Under the pieces are notes generated by a model. It was not told the origin of the DNA and searched no databases. It worked only from the letters and a program-made list of their open reading frames with translations. The translations under genes and the position numbers were made by a program. Of a DNA stretch of 64,000 nucleotides, positions 31,514-42,485 are shown piece by piece. The stretch is from contig VRMN01000001.1 in the NCBI GenBank assembly GCA_008690995.1, positions 1,736,001 to 1,800,000 of the forward strand. Reading direction: 5' to 3'. This stretch comes from Porphyridium purpureum (taxonomy: Eukaryota). Position 1 is the stretch's first letter, and each line of letters opens with the position of its first letter.

Positions 31514-32485
31514 TCAGCATGCAGTCTGACACGATTGCTGACTCCAAATCTTGGGATCGATACTTCCGGCTCGACGCGGAGCCCAGTTTCGCGCGCGCAA
31601 TTCGAACAAGTCTTCGATCATGAATCGCAACCGCGGTGCCAATGCCGAGCGAGCGCGTGCTTCGGCCAACGCCAAGTAGACGCCATTCGTGTACTCCGAA
31701 GTCTGCCTACCATGAGCAGCATTTCGAATATCCCAAGCGTCCAGAGCACGTCCAGCGTTGGTGAGCAGCTTGCAGAGCACCTCGATATCCTGCTCGTAGA
31801 TCTCTCCCGGCTGGCGCCGCTTCGACTGACTTGAAGCGCCATTCGAAAACGCAGTAATCCTCTTGACCAATGGAGAAATGCAAACTTCACGCAGACAATG
31901 CTCTCGAACCACGACCCCTCTGGAGTAGAGTTCTGCGATGAATCGAACGTTGCCGAGAATGCGCCGCTTTGCCTTGATTGCGTCGAGCGCACGTTGACTT
32001 TTGGATCCACATCCGAGACAGATTGTCGGGTCTGTTGTGCATGACTTGCCCATAGTGTTTGCGCCCCGCTTCATGACAACACACGAATCCTTGACCACGG
32101 AACTATTTCTGTTACTATCCTCCCGCGCGGCCAGGACGGTGCGAACAAACTCATCCTGACAGCTACGCAGCATCAGACACTCAAAGTCGAGCGCCTCCTT
32201 CCGGTCTGCCGCCGGCACCACGAATACATGAGACACATCGCGAGCAAGCCTGCAACACAGGTCAGCATACAAGCCTGCAAAGCCCGGCTGCGCGAGCGCG
32301 GTATTAAACACCTCACTCACGATCCGTCTCAATGCATGCACGTCGCTGCGCGCATAGCGCTCGCACACGTCCACAAACTGCGCATACAGCAAATCAAACT
32401 TGGCATATGTCAACTTGTTCAGGATCAAGCGCGCCGCGCGTACCTCGTCGTGCTGCTGTCGTCTTGTTATCCTTGTTTCTTCCAT
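31514..32485 (-). CDS. Stand-alone MIF4G-domain protein (eIF4G middle domain-like)
   Basis: ILNKLT..FD, ALAQPGF..LYADLC, CQDEF, KRRILGNVRFIAELY, IEVLCKLLT..G..LD, RLRFMIEDLFELRARNW. Confidence 0.88.
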   Translation of the reverse strand: MEETRITRRQQHDEVRAARLILNKLTYAKFDLLYAQFVDVCERYARSDVHALRRIVSEVFNTALAQPGFAGLYADLCCRLARDVSHVFVVPAADRKEALDFECLMLRSCQDEFVRTVLAAREDSNRNSSVVKDSCVVMKRGANTMGKSCTTDPTICLGCGSKSQRALDAIKAKRRILGNVRFIAELYSRGVVVREHCLREVCISPLVKRITAFSNGASSQSKRRQPGEIYEQDIEVLCKLLTNAGRALDAWDIRNAAHGRQTSEYTNGVYLALAEARARSALAPRLRFMIEDLFELRARNWAPRRAGSIDPKIWSQQSCQTAC

Positions 32486-32567
32486 CGCCACTTCTGCCCT
32501 CCCAACCTTTTCTTCCTTTCCCCCATCCCTCATTCCAACTTTCCCACAAACGACTCCGATGCGTCCT

Positions 32568-32594
32568 CACAGTACCCACAGTACCCACAGTACG
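32568..32594. repeat. 9-bp tandem repeat (CACAGTACC)x3 in a divergent promoter
   Basis: cacagtacc cacagtacc cacagtacg, followed by aactgtac. Confidence 0.85.
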
Positions 32595-32759
32595 AACTGT
32601 ACTTTTTAAGTTCAGGAAAAAAAATCAACGGGAAAAAAGGGAGGAGAAAGGCTTTTCTTTTTACCGAGGAAAGGAGGCGTGTTTTATTAGTAACGGTTTG
32701 AAGCCGGGTGTACAGTAAGCTTGTGATGAGCAACGGGTGTTCGGTGGCGAGGCGAAAGC

Positions 32760-34616
32760 ATGAGAGAAAACGTGAAAGGAGACGGAGGCAGGTGGACAAG
32801 GCAGATTCGGACGTTGGACAGGAAGAGGAGATTGGCAGAGGGTGGGTGTGGGTGGGAGTTGCGGGCTTGGAGGCTGAGCCTTGCAGGGTATGCGATGGCG
32901 ATGAAGAGTATTCCGATTTCGGTGACGCCTGCGACGGAAGATCAGGTGACCGTTGTGTTGAATGCGCTGGATGATGGACCGGGCGGGAGCGTGCTGAGGA
33001 ATCCGCTGCCGGCCATGGCGTACGGGTACTTGATGCAGCATATGAGCAAGAGCTCCGGCAAGAACAAGATTCTGGACGGCATCGAGACAGCCATGAGCAA
33101 CGCAAAAGAGCGGTTCCGCCTAATCTCCAAGGACAGGGCGGGCGCAGCAAACACGGCGTCCACGCCGGCTGGCGTCGAAATGGATGATATGCCAGGAACC
33201 CGCCTGTTTTATGTGCTGGAAGGAACGTACCTCTCGTGCTTCCCCTCGCACGAAGGGAAAGAAGCTGTGTGGAGGCTCAACTTGATCGATTCGATGGTCA
33301 CAGTCAACCCGGACAACAGCTCCGTCATCGAAATTGACTTGCCAGTTGGAGGTGATGGCGAGACAATGGTCAAGGGCGGCATTCCGACCGGAAAGGATAA
33401 AGACAAAGACAAAGACCGGCGCGTCGTTCTGAGCAGCATCAAGCAGGAAACTGCGGAGAAGTGGCATGCTCTCCTCTTGCAGGCCGCTCGGCACAAAATC
33501 TCAAATTACTACGCCAACGGGAAGTTTCTTGGTCGCGGCGCGTACGGCGAGGTCCACTTGGGCAAGTACAAGCCGGATGGGTCACTCTGTGCGGTCAAAA
33601 TCATCCGCAAGTCGAAAGATCCGGGAGAGGAAGTGTTTCTCGCCCGAGAGATCGCGGTGCTGCGCCGAGTGAACCACCCGCACGTGGTGCGAACGTACGA
33701 CGTGTTTGAAACCAGCAGGACGTTGTACGTGACAATGGAGCTTCTCGCTGGCGGAGACTTGTACGAAATCGTGTCCAAAATGGGCGGCAAAATGTCAGAG
33801 GAGAAGGCCGGCAGTGTGTTCAAGCAGCTGATGGAAGGAATCAAGTACTTGCACGAGCAAGGAATTGTGCATCGTGATCTCAAGCCTGAAAACCTGCTCT
33901 GCAAGAACAAAGACTGGCCTCTGGACGTCAAGATTGCAGACTTTGGGCTTTGTAACATGTTCAGTGCACCCTCGTTGGAGAGAAACACGTCCAGAGCACT
34001 GGACGCGATTGCACTAGAAAAGATGGGCAAACTTGACACCGCGCAGCTGTCTGGGAATGATGACTTGCTGTTTGAAGCCATGGACACCGAGGACGACAGC
34101 CAGCAGCCGATCAAGCTGGATCACAAAAAGTCCATGGGCAACAACCCCGCCATGTACCGTTTGTTCGACTCTATGGTCGGCACGCCGCTTTTCGTCGCGC
34201 CGGAAGTGATTGTGGGCTCGTACGGGCCGGGCGTCGACGTATGGTCATCCGGGGTGATTCTATACAACATCTTGACGGGGATCTTTCCATTTGACGCAGA
34301 CACGTCGAAAGAGGTGCTGCACAAAATCAGGGACAAGCCCGTGCCGTTCCCTGCGTCCGTTTTTTCCCGCATTAGTGCGGAGGCCAAGGACCTTCTGACC
34401 CGCATGCTCTGCAAGGACCCGAGGAAGCGGATCAGCGTGGAGGACATCCTGAAGCACGCGTGGCTGACCGAGGTCGCGCCGGTCACGCGCACTGCCATTG
34501 GCAACGACCTGTCGACGCTCAGCAAGGCGAACCGCAAGCACATTATTACTGGACAGAACGCTGCGGATCTTGCCGGCGCTCTGGACCACCTGCGACTCGT
34601 GAACGAGCTCAAGTAA
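32760..34616 (+). CDS. PH-domain CAMK-like protein kinase
   Basis: PH-like segment (RLFYVLEGTYLSCF..WHALLLQA), GRGAYGEV, AVK, HRDLKPEN, DFG, GTPLFVAPE. The true start may be a downstream ATG (MAMKS). Confidence 0.9.
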   Translation: MRENVKGDGGRWTRQIRTLDRKRRLAEGGCGWELRAWRLSLAGYAMAMKSIPISVTPATEDQVTVVLNALDDGPGGSVLRNPLPAMAYGYLMQHMSKSSGKNKILDGIETAMSNAKERFRLISKDRAGAANTASTPAGVEMDDMPGTRLFYVLEGTYLSCFPSHEGKEAVWRLNLIDSMVTVNPDNSSVIEIDLPVGGDGETMVKGGIPTGKDKDKDKDRRVVLSSIKQETAEKWHALLLQAARHKISNYYANGKFLGRGAYGEVHLGKYKPDGSLCAVKIIRKSKDPGEEVFLAREIAVLRRVNHPHVVRTYDVFETSRTLYVTMELLAGGDLYEIVSKMGGKMSEEKAGSVFKQLMEGIKYLHEQGIVHRDLKPENLLCKNKDWPLDVKIADFGLCNMFSAPSLERNTSRALDAIALEKMGKLDTAQLSGNDDLLFEAMDTEDDSQQPIKLDHKKSMGNNPAMYRLFDSMVGTPLFVAPEVIVGSYGPGVDVWSSGVILYNILTGIFPFDADTSKEVLHKIRDKPVPFPASVFSRISAEAKDLLTRMLCKDPRKRISVEDILKHAWLTEVAPVTRTAIGNDLSTLSKANRKHIITGQNAADLAGALDHLRLVNELK

Positions 34617-35761
34617 ATTTAAATCGCGAGCGTTGGGGTGCGGCTGTTTGCAGATGATTTCCAACGCAGCACGTGGCGCGTGATCCGCTTGCGGCACGGT
34701 CATCATCCGGTTCCACTCCAGATGGCCCCACCCCCCTGCACCCGGACCGACTTTCACACACCAGAAGCACGACTGCGTGCTCGGTGCGCCAGATGCGTAT
34801 GGAATGACGCACGACCGGTCCGGTTAGATCGAGGGGCGCTTTTTGCGCAGTTAGAACCAGGGTTTACGGTTTGTGGTGTACTGCATCGACCCATATGTAC
34901 GCGCACGCGAGGCGTTACGCGGCATATCAAAAGGACCCACTTTTGCGGTGTCGCGATGGGTGCCCATGCACACATCGCAAATTCGGTGTGTTTACTATAA
35001 GAACCACACGACACTACCTAAAAAGGATCGGTTTTTCATAATAGAAACAGAACCAAACGCAGCAGGGTGTACAGTTGTTGTGGCTTTTTAGTTCAACAGC
35101 GTACTGCGTTTTAATGGGAAGGCTGAAGGCTGGCGCGGTTTTAACGAACGGGAGAGCTTATGAATGACCACGAACCAAGCTAGAACATGAACAAGAACAA
35201 GAAGGCTTAGTAGTGGGGCGAGCGGGTAAAGACAAGTGCGCGGTGTGAGAAGAGCGAAGGGTTCTTGTGTGTGGGGGGCGGATGCGTGGGTGGATGTGTG
35301 TAGCATGAGCGTTCAGGAAAGGCGGAGCGTGCACGCGGGTTGAATGGGTCTGGACAGCGGGCACTGAGCGCGGCGGTATACACCGAGGGATTGAGGGTTG
35401 TTTTTTTTGTGCACGCGCGTCAGCGGCGGGAACGGACAACGGTGCGGAAACGGCGCACGACTTGGAACAGCGGAACAGCGCGCGTCCACGAGCTCGACTG
35501 CTGCTCAGGTGAGGGCGCGCGCCGAACACACTTTGGCACGCAGGAAAGGAGGGAGTGGAGGTCGTGGAGGAGCCCAGGGGAGGCTGGGCGCCACGAACAG
35601 GAGCTGGAAGGTGGGGAGGTCGATTTGCTGTGCCACTTCTTCTGGTCCCCTTTCGGACGCCCGTTGGTATCCCCGAGGACCAGGCGTTGCCGGCGAAGCA
35701 CAAAAACACTTGGCTTGGCGCGGCCTGTCTGCGTTCCAAGGAGACGCGACGGACGCTGCGC

Positions 35762-37723
35762 ATGCGAGACGTGACGAGAGATATGGCGTTGCACAAGGGT
35801 AAAATCATGACAGGCCATGATGCGTGGGCGTCGTCCGAGGACTTGCGGGACGGTGCGGGCGCCGAAGCGGCGAAAGATGAGACAGAGCCGGGACATAGTG
35901 TCCGAGGGGGCAGCTTCCAGCAGCACCAGGTCCTACAGCATCCGCACCCCTCGTCGCCCTTCCCGCCAAACTATGAGTTTAGGCAGGCGGGCCCGATCCA
36001 AGTGCCGCATCCGGGCAAGCGCGTAGAATTTTCGGACATATCGGGCTCGAGCGTGACGGAATATGCCGCGTCAGCCTCGAGCCGTATGTCATCTTTTCAG
36101 CATCTGGGAATGCCTTTTGATGAACCAGGCCCTTCATATGCACAGTCCGCCGGGCATCGGCGTGGAGCTATGGCAGATGCGAATTATGCAGACGAGTATT
36201 TGTTCCTGTCCGAGGCAGTCATGAACGGTCTTGATTTAAGAGAGGACCTGCGCATTGGCGCAGCATATCCCATGCCGGTTTCTGCCGGAGCTTACGCCCC
36301 CGCCCAGCCCATCAAGATTCCGCAGTCGCGCTCGTCATCCGCGGCGTCTGGCTCTCCGCCACTCCCCATCGGATCTCCGGCGCAGCAGGCGCAGAGCACG
36401 GGAGGCCAAGGCGCGCTTTCTCAGCAAGGCGGGAAGCTGTTTGTTGGTGGGCTTTCATGGGACACGACAGAAGCTTCCCTTCGCTCGTACTTTTCCCGGT
36501 TTGGGCGAGTACTGGACTGCGTTATCATGCGAGATCGCGTGAGTGGTCACCCCCGGGGCTTTGGATTCGTGACGTTTGAAGACGAAGCAGTCAGTGATCA
36601 CGTAGCTGCGGAGCAGCACGAGCTCGATGGACGTGCTGTCGAGGCAAAGCGTGCCGTTCCGCGCAGTGATTGCTCTGGCGCTGTGAAAGTACCTTCGTCG
36701 AAGGGCTCACGGAAACTTTTCGTAGGAGGATTACCGTCCGCATGTGGTGACCACGAGTTCCGAACGTACTTTTCGCGCTTTGGAGAAATTTTGGAGCTGT
36801 CGGTGATGTTTGATCACACGACGGGCAACTCGCGAGGCTTTGGTTTTGTCACTTACTATGACGATCGCGCAGTCGATCTGGTTATGCAGATGGAACACGA
36901 AATTCTCGGGAAACGTGTGGAGATCAAACACGCCGAGCCGAAGCATCTCATGGATGCACGAAAGACAAAGGATGGTAGCAGCGGGACTGGACCAGGTAGT
37001 GGGTTAACTCCGCCGGGACCCCGAGCATTGCATATCAGCACACCCGCGGCTGGCAACGGAAGCGGGCCAAACTATGCTTCGCGAGGGATTCCTGCAAGTG
37101 TGTCGATGTTCTCGGACGCACTGCCAATGGCACGCCTCGCCCAGCAAACCTTGTCGGCAGGCAATCCGGGAAAGTCTGTTCACGGCGCATACGAAGCTGC
37201 CGCGTACGGTTTTGCAGGTAGCGCTGTTTTGGAGGACGGCGTGGACAATGCGCGAAAAACAATGTTGTCCTCCAGCGCTCCAATCTCGAGTTCTCTCGAC
37301 CGCTTTGGTTTTTCGCTGCGCTCACCTTTTGAGCTCCCGCCGGATCAGGGACTTCATCAGCGATATGACCAGCGCGGTACCGGTTTTGTTCATTCTTCGA
37401 GTCAGCATGACTCCTTGAGCAGGTTGCTCGATGAGGACTTGCAAGATGATGATTTTTCTTCGTGGGGTGGTGGCGAAGTGACCGTCGGCAACAGCAGCCG
37501 GCTGCAGAACTGGTCGCAACAGCCCTCCACAGCCGCCATGCCTCGCGAGCCCAACTCGCAGCTCGGGGCTCAGATGCCGAATATTAGCAATGCGTGGGGT
37601 ATGACAGGGGCGCAGGGTAGCGGTTCTGTCATCGGTAAGAATTTTCTTCCATCGCAGGCCTCACCGTATGGGACTTCACGACCGCCCTTTCAGCCGCATC
37701 CCGGCAGCACGATGTTTCCCTAC

Positions 37724-37805
<82 letters not shown>

Positions 37806-37861
37806 AACAGCCGTTTCAGAAGGAGAGCACTTCGCAGCGACAGCAGCCCCCGCTGCCGTAG
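35762..37861 (+). CDS. Tandem-RRM RNA-binding protein (Musashi/DAZAP1/hnRNP A-like) with poly-Q
   Basis: KLFVGGLSWDT, RGFGFVTF, KLFVGGLP, RGFGFVTY, VEIKHAEPK. First in-frame ATG at 35762. Confidence 0.9.
37724..37810 (+). repeat. CAG/CAA tract encoding 29 Gln
   Basis: Read directly from the sequence. Confidence 0.95.
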
Positions 37862-38407
37862 CAGAATCCTTATTACTCTGGCAGTAGTGTGTACAATAGC
37901 AGTGGCAGCGCGTCCGGCTCGTATCCGGTCACAGGCAGCGAGCGCGACACCCCGTACCTGGATGGCGACGCACTTGACCGGTCGAACGTACAGCGCTTCA
38001 AGTAGTGTCGGTGATCACAATCACGAGAGATCGATGATGGTGACCATGAAAGTGCCAACGATGACGACGGCAACGACAACGTGAATTAGAATCAGTAGCA
38101 GTGAGGGTTATTCGCACACCACGGACCCTAGAGCAGCAGTCGCGCACAAGGCAATGTAGTCCAGTGTCATATTACAAGCAGTAGCATCATTCATTTTCTA
38201 TAGAGCTCCGCGCGCATCGTATCGACCATCTCAAGCTTCCTTCGAGGCCGCAAAACCCATCCACTGCACGTGTCTGACTGTCTAGCCGCCAAGGCAGGCA
38301 AGTTCCTCGAAACAAGCTGCCGCGGAAAGCTGTGCAAACTTTGTATTGGTGGAGCGGGTATCGCAAGAACTTTGGGTGAGGAAGGTGAAGGATACTCGAA
38401 CTGCATC

Positions 38408-39202
38408 ATGTGGGCAGTGGCGGGTCTTCGCGCCGCGGCTCTTCGCGTGTCGCCGATCTTCGGCTGCGTTGTCGTGGCTGCGCCAGGCTCCAGCGTATTT
38501 GCGCGCACTTTTGCGACCAAAGAGAAGCGGTCAAAGGGGAAGAAACAGCCGCATGAGTACCTTTATTCGGGATTGAACCTCGCGAATGTGTTGGCGACGA
38601 TTCCGGGGTACGGATTCGAAGACTTGGACCCGCTGGCAAACGCGATCAAGAAGCCGTCGTCGTCGTCGTTGTCGTCGCCGCCGCCATCATCACCTCAGTC
38701 GACCACGGATGAAGCAGAACGCGCAGAGCCGGGCGCGAAGAGCACGGCCGAGTACGCTAAGGTGGCGCGCGGGACGTGGCTACGTGGTGGCTTGGACGAG
38801 ACTTACTGGCAAGTAGTCAAGGTGGTTCATGGGTATCGTCAGGGAAACAAGTACACACGCAATCGGTTCTACGGGAAGCTGACTCGAAAAGGCTACACCA
38901 GTGGCCGACTTTCCCGGATCACAAGCACCATGAAGAAGGACTGGGTTTTATATGAGTCACAAGCGCAGCTATTGCCAGCAGCGGAAGCCAAGCTTGCGGT
39001 CGTGGCGGCGACTAACCCTGAATCAGACATGCCTAAGGGCCGCGCTCTCTATTATGCTCTGAAGGCTAAGCATGCAGCGCAAAGAACAGAGGCGCTCAAG
39101 GCGACCAACACGTGGGGCCTTCCAAAAACTAAAAGGCGAGCGGCGTCATCAGGGTCAACTTCAAGCGAGTCGCCTTCCACGGACGTACAAATGGACTCGT
39201 AG
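38408..39202 (+). CDS. MRPS34: Probable mitochondrial ribosomal protein mS34
   Basis: Presequence-like N-terminus (..ARTFAT); NLANVLATIPGYG, W..ETYWQVVKV, FYGKLTRKG, I....KKDW resemble mS34. Confidence 0.6.
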   Translation: MWAVAGLRAAALRVSPIFGCVVVAAPGSSVFARTFATKEKRSKGKKQPHEYLYSGLNLANVLATIPGYGFEDLDPLANAIKKPSSSSLSSPPPSSPQSTTDEAERAEPGAKSTAEYAKVARGTWLRGGLDETYWQVVKVVHGYRQGNKYTRNRFYGKLTRKGYTSGRLSRITSTMKKDWVLYESQAQLLPAAEAKLAVVAATNPESDMPKGRALYYALKAKHAAQRTEALKATNTWGLPKTKRRAASSGSTSSESPSTDVQMDS

Positions 39203-39262
39203 ACCCTTCCGTTGCTCCATATTTACAAGAAAGCTCACTGGAATACCTTCTACGCAATCTCA

Positions 39263-40504
39263 TTACACCACAGAAAGCATTTGGAGCCCGTTCCGTGATA
39301 AGCGCCGACTTATCCGCTCCGCTGCTCCCATTTGTACGCAACTGACGCCCAACTCTCGCGCCATCTCTTTTTGGACAGCCGCGGCGAACAAATGCGCATC
39401 CGCCTGCTCCTCTTCGGATGGACGATGGACGCTGAGGTATTTCACATTCAGGCTCAGTACAGGCTCTGCCAGAAGGCGCAGCGTCGAGAAGGGCGTCACC
39501 CCCACAAGCGCAGGATCGACATCAGACATCCACCGCATCATCGGATAGGAGAGGACGACAGGCTGTACGGATCGACCTAGCGCAAACGCACCGGCCGAGA
39601 AGCGCAGGAGTTGGTCACCATTCGAGGTCGTGCCCTCTGGGAACAGAGCTAAGGCAGGAAAGCCCGAACCATCGCTCTCGTCCATGCTCAAGTAGCGGTC
39701 TGCGACCAGTTCAGCTGCAGATGGCGCGGCCCGCGCTTCCCGATTCACAAAGATGCACTGTAGATTTTGCGCCAGGTCTCCCAGGAGAGGAATCCGCATA
39801 AAACTAGATTGCGCAACGAAGCTGGGCGCGTACTCGCTCAGAAAGTATAAGAAATCAAAAACAGACACGTGGTTTGCCACCAGTATGAGCGCGCTCTCAC
39901 GCATCTCGGCTACATATGGCACCGCTCCGTCGACTCGCACACGCACAAAACCACACACGAGCAGCATGAGCCGTGCAATGACTTGCACGGTACCGCGGAT
40001 CCAAGCGCGTCTTCGGTGAGAAATAGGAGACACGAGAAGCGATCGGTGAGGTACGCCAAGCATGACCAGCGTGCATATCACCCATGCGACGGCTGCGAGC
40101 AGCACCAACAGAGCAAGACGAACCGGAACTAAAACAGGCGCAACTATGAGCTTGAGCACGGAGCCCAGCCGCCACGGACGATCCCTCCTCATGAAAGGGT
40201 TACGTATCATGCTTGGCGCGACGGGCGCCGCGCCTACAGCCGCAGATGCACCAGCGCCTGCTTTGGACGGCGTCCCCAGTACAGCTGCTGCTATGGTCCC
40301 AGCCGAAGCTCCCATCCTCGACGAAGAGGCGGGCCCATTTGCGCTCGCGTTTGCGCTGGAGAGCGCAGATGGCGACTCTGTAAGGTTTAGCGACTTTTCT
40401 TCGTCCTCATACTCGCTCGCACCGATACCGCCTGATGGCACAGCGGCCACACCGACCACTGGTGAGGCGTGGCCGGCTGAGATCGATCCGGCGACGGTTG
40501 TCAT
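39263..40504 (-). CDS. Lysophospholipid acyltransferase (LPCAT/LPEAT-type, PlsC domain)
   Basis: NPF, N-terminal TM segment, NHVSVFD (HxxxxD), FVNRE, FPEGTTSNG, GAF..VQPV. First ATG at 40504. Confidence 0.92.
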   Translation of the reverse strand: MTTVAGSISAGHASPVVGVAAVPSGGIGASEYEDEEKSLNLTESPSALSSANASANGPASSSRMGASAGTIAAAVLGTPSKAGAGASAAVGAAPVAPSMIRNPFMRRDRPWRLGSVLKLIVAPVLVPVRLALLVLLAAVAWVICTLVMLGVPHRSLLVSPISHRRRAWIRGTVQVIARLMLLVCGFVRVRVDGAVPYVAEMRESALILVANHVSVFDFLYFLSEYAPSFVAQSSFMRIPLLGDLAQNLQCIFVNREARAAPSAAELVADRYLSMDESDGSGFPALALFPEGTTSNGDQLLRFSAGAFALGRSVQPVVLSYPMMRWMSDVDPALVGVTPFSTLRLLAEPVLSLNVKYLSVHRPSEEEQADAHLFAAAVQKEMARELGVSCVQMGAAERISRRLSRNGLQMLSVV

Positions 40505-40789
40505 CTTCAAGTTTGAGTGAAGGTCTGACGTTCGGTCTACCAGCGGTTCGTCGTTTCCTCTTCGCCAGCGGAGTCGGCACAACGTCACACGCAATTCGGA
40601 TTTCCCAACCGGTTTCTCGATCCCGCTCGCTTTGAGTCGATAACGCCGTAGGAAAGTTGGCCGATAAGTCGATTCAAGAATTTCAGCGACACGGCGTGCA
40701 ATTCAGCTGCGACAAACAGAGTTCGCGTGGTGCATGACTTGGTCATGTGATTGGGTACGGATAGGAGCTGAGTTTACCGAATGCAGGTC

Positions 40790-42310
40790 TCACCGCGGCG
40801 GCGCTCTGGCGGCGAAGGCGCGCAGCGCTGGGATGGCCAGCGTAATAACGTAAAAGACGAGGGGCGCTACGAGTAGGTGCGAGTCGCATCGATCGAGGAT
40901 TCCGCCGTGTCCCGGAATAAAGTCACCCGAGTCCTTGACCCCGGCGTCGCGCTTGAACAAGGACTCGGTCAGGTCGCCTAGTAACCCTACCACGCCAATC
41001 ATGGCACCATAAAGAGTGCCCGTCACGATCCAAAACGGCCATTGCATGTGTCTCGCGCAAAGCAATGAGGTCAGAATGGCGCAAGCGATGCCACCAAGCG
41101 CACCTTCAATGGTCTTTTTCGGGCTGATCGCCGTGAAGTTGGTGCGCCCAAACTTTTTCCCGACTGCGTACGCGCCCACGTCCGCGAGAGCGTTCGCCAA
41201 CCATGTCCAAAAGATCACAATGGCTCCCGCCTTGATATACGTGTCCAGAGCCGGGACAAAGGCGAACAACGCCGCCGGGAGAACCCGTTGTAGCACGCCT
41301 TGCACCTTATCGATCAGCGCCTGCGTTACGCCTTGCTCCACGGGGCCCCATGACTGATAAGCATACAGTCGTACCCAATACGTTGGCAGCAGGCCCGTGT
41401 AGAACAGGCCCAGAAACGAGGTCGAAATATCAGCAATCGTCGCCTGCCGCTTGCGAAAGAGCAAATAGCAGCAAATGCACACTGCGCCGATCGGGAAAAT
41501 GACGTCCGCCATGTGTGGGTGCGCAATGGAGGTGATCACCATTGCTAGTGTCGTCAGGATGCCCGTCCTGCGTGCCGGGAGGTTTCCTTTCTTCTCGGCG
41601 AGCGCATAATACTCAAGCTGACCAAGCAAGCTGATCAAAGAAATGCCCGCCGCAAAAATGATGGGACCTGAGAACACGTACGCGACCGCCATGGCGCCCA
41701 AAATAAAGCCGGTGATAACGCGCTGGTTCATTCCCGCAAATCTTGACTTTGAAGTGCCAGTGTCTTGACCATCATCTGCGGGCGCCCGTCCTTCCGGCAT
41801 GAGGACCAGCGGCTGCGAATTCCATAGACTGTCGTTCAACTTGATAAACCAGAGCACTGCGTCAGGAAGACGATCGTGCACGGAAAAGTACACCGCCGAG
41901 TCTTCTTGCGGCAATACTTGCTGCTGCTCCGATGTGGCGCGTGAGCTCGTACCTTCCGCAGCACCGCGGTAACGACTACTACTACTATTGCTACTACTAT
42001 TCTTCGCGCTGCTACCCGTGCCACCACCACCACCATTACTACTACTCTCCAGCCCAACTTCTGACTGGCCAGCACTATCTTCACGCGCACTTCCTAATTC
42101 TGACGATGACGACGACGAAGACGAAGACGATGCGACGACGCGCGCGTGGGCTGTGCTCCTCCTTCTGACGAACGTGCCTCGACTCACCTCCACGTCCGCG
42201 CGCCGCGTACCCCGTAACCGCGGCGCCCCCAAGCACACCGCGACGGAGGCCAATCCCGGCTCCACTTTGGCGACGCCCACGGCGTGATACATAAACGCCG
42301 CCATTGCCAT
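40790..42310 (-). CDS. CDS: Phosphatidate cytidylyltransferase (CDP-DAG synthase), plastid type
   Basis: QRVITG, DVGAYAVGKKFGR, ISPKKTIEG, GDLTESLFKRDAGVKDSGDFIPGHGGILDRCDS; MAMAAF transit peptide. Confidence 0.95.
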   Translation of the reverse strand: MAMAAFMYHAVGVAKVEPGLASVAVCLGAPRLRGTRRADVEVSRGTFVRRRSTAHARVVASSSSSSSSSSELGSAREDSAGQSEVGLESSSNGGGGGTGSSAKNSSSNSSSSRYRGAAEGTSSRATSEQQQVLPQEDSAVYFSVHDRLPDAVLWFIKLNDSLWNSQPLVLMPEGRAPADDGQDTGTSKSRFAGMNQRVITGFILGAMAVAYVFSGPIIFAAGISLISLLGQLEYYALAEKKGNLPARRTGILTTLAMVITSIAHPHMADVIFPIGAVCICCYLLFRKRQATIADISTSFLGLFYTGLLPTYWVRLYAYQSWGPVEQGVTQALIDKVQGVLQRVLPAALFAFVPALDTYIKAGAIVIFWTWLANALADVGAYAVGKKFGRTNFTAISPKKTIEGALGGIACAILTSLLCARHMQWPFWIVTGTLYGAMIGVVGLLGDLTESLFKRDAGVKDSGDFIPGHGGILDRCDSHLLVAPLVFYVITLAIPALRAFAARAPPR

Positions 42311-42485
42311 CGTCACCCTTCTCCCTTCTCTCCTCCGCCCCGCGCTCTCGCCCTCCTCGGTCTCTCTTCCTCTTTAAGCACACAAGCACACACAACGCAC
42401 TGGCTCGCGCAACCAAATGGAAAAACGTAGTAAGCTTAGAAACTCATAAGCTCAAACATAGAAAAAAGTACAGTGAATATTGGAT

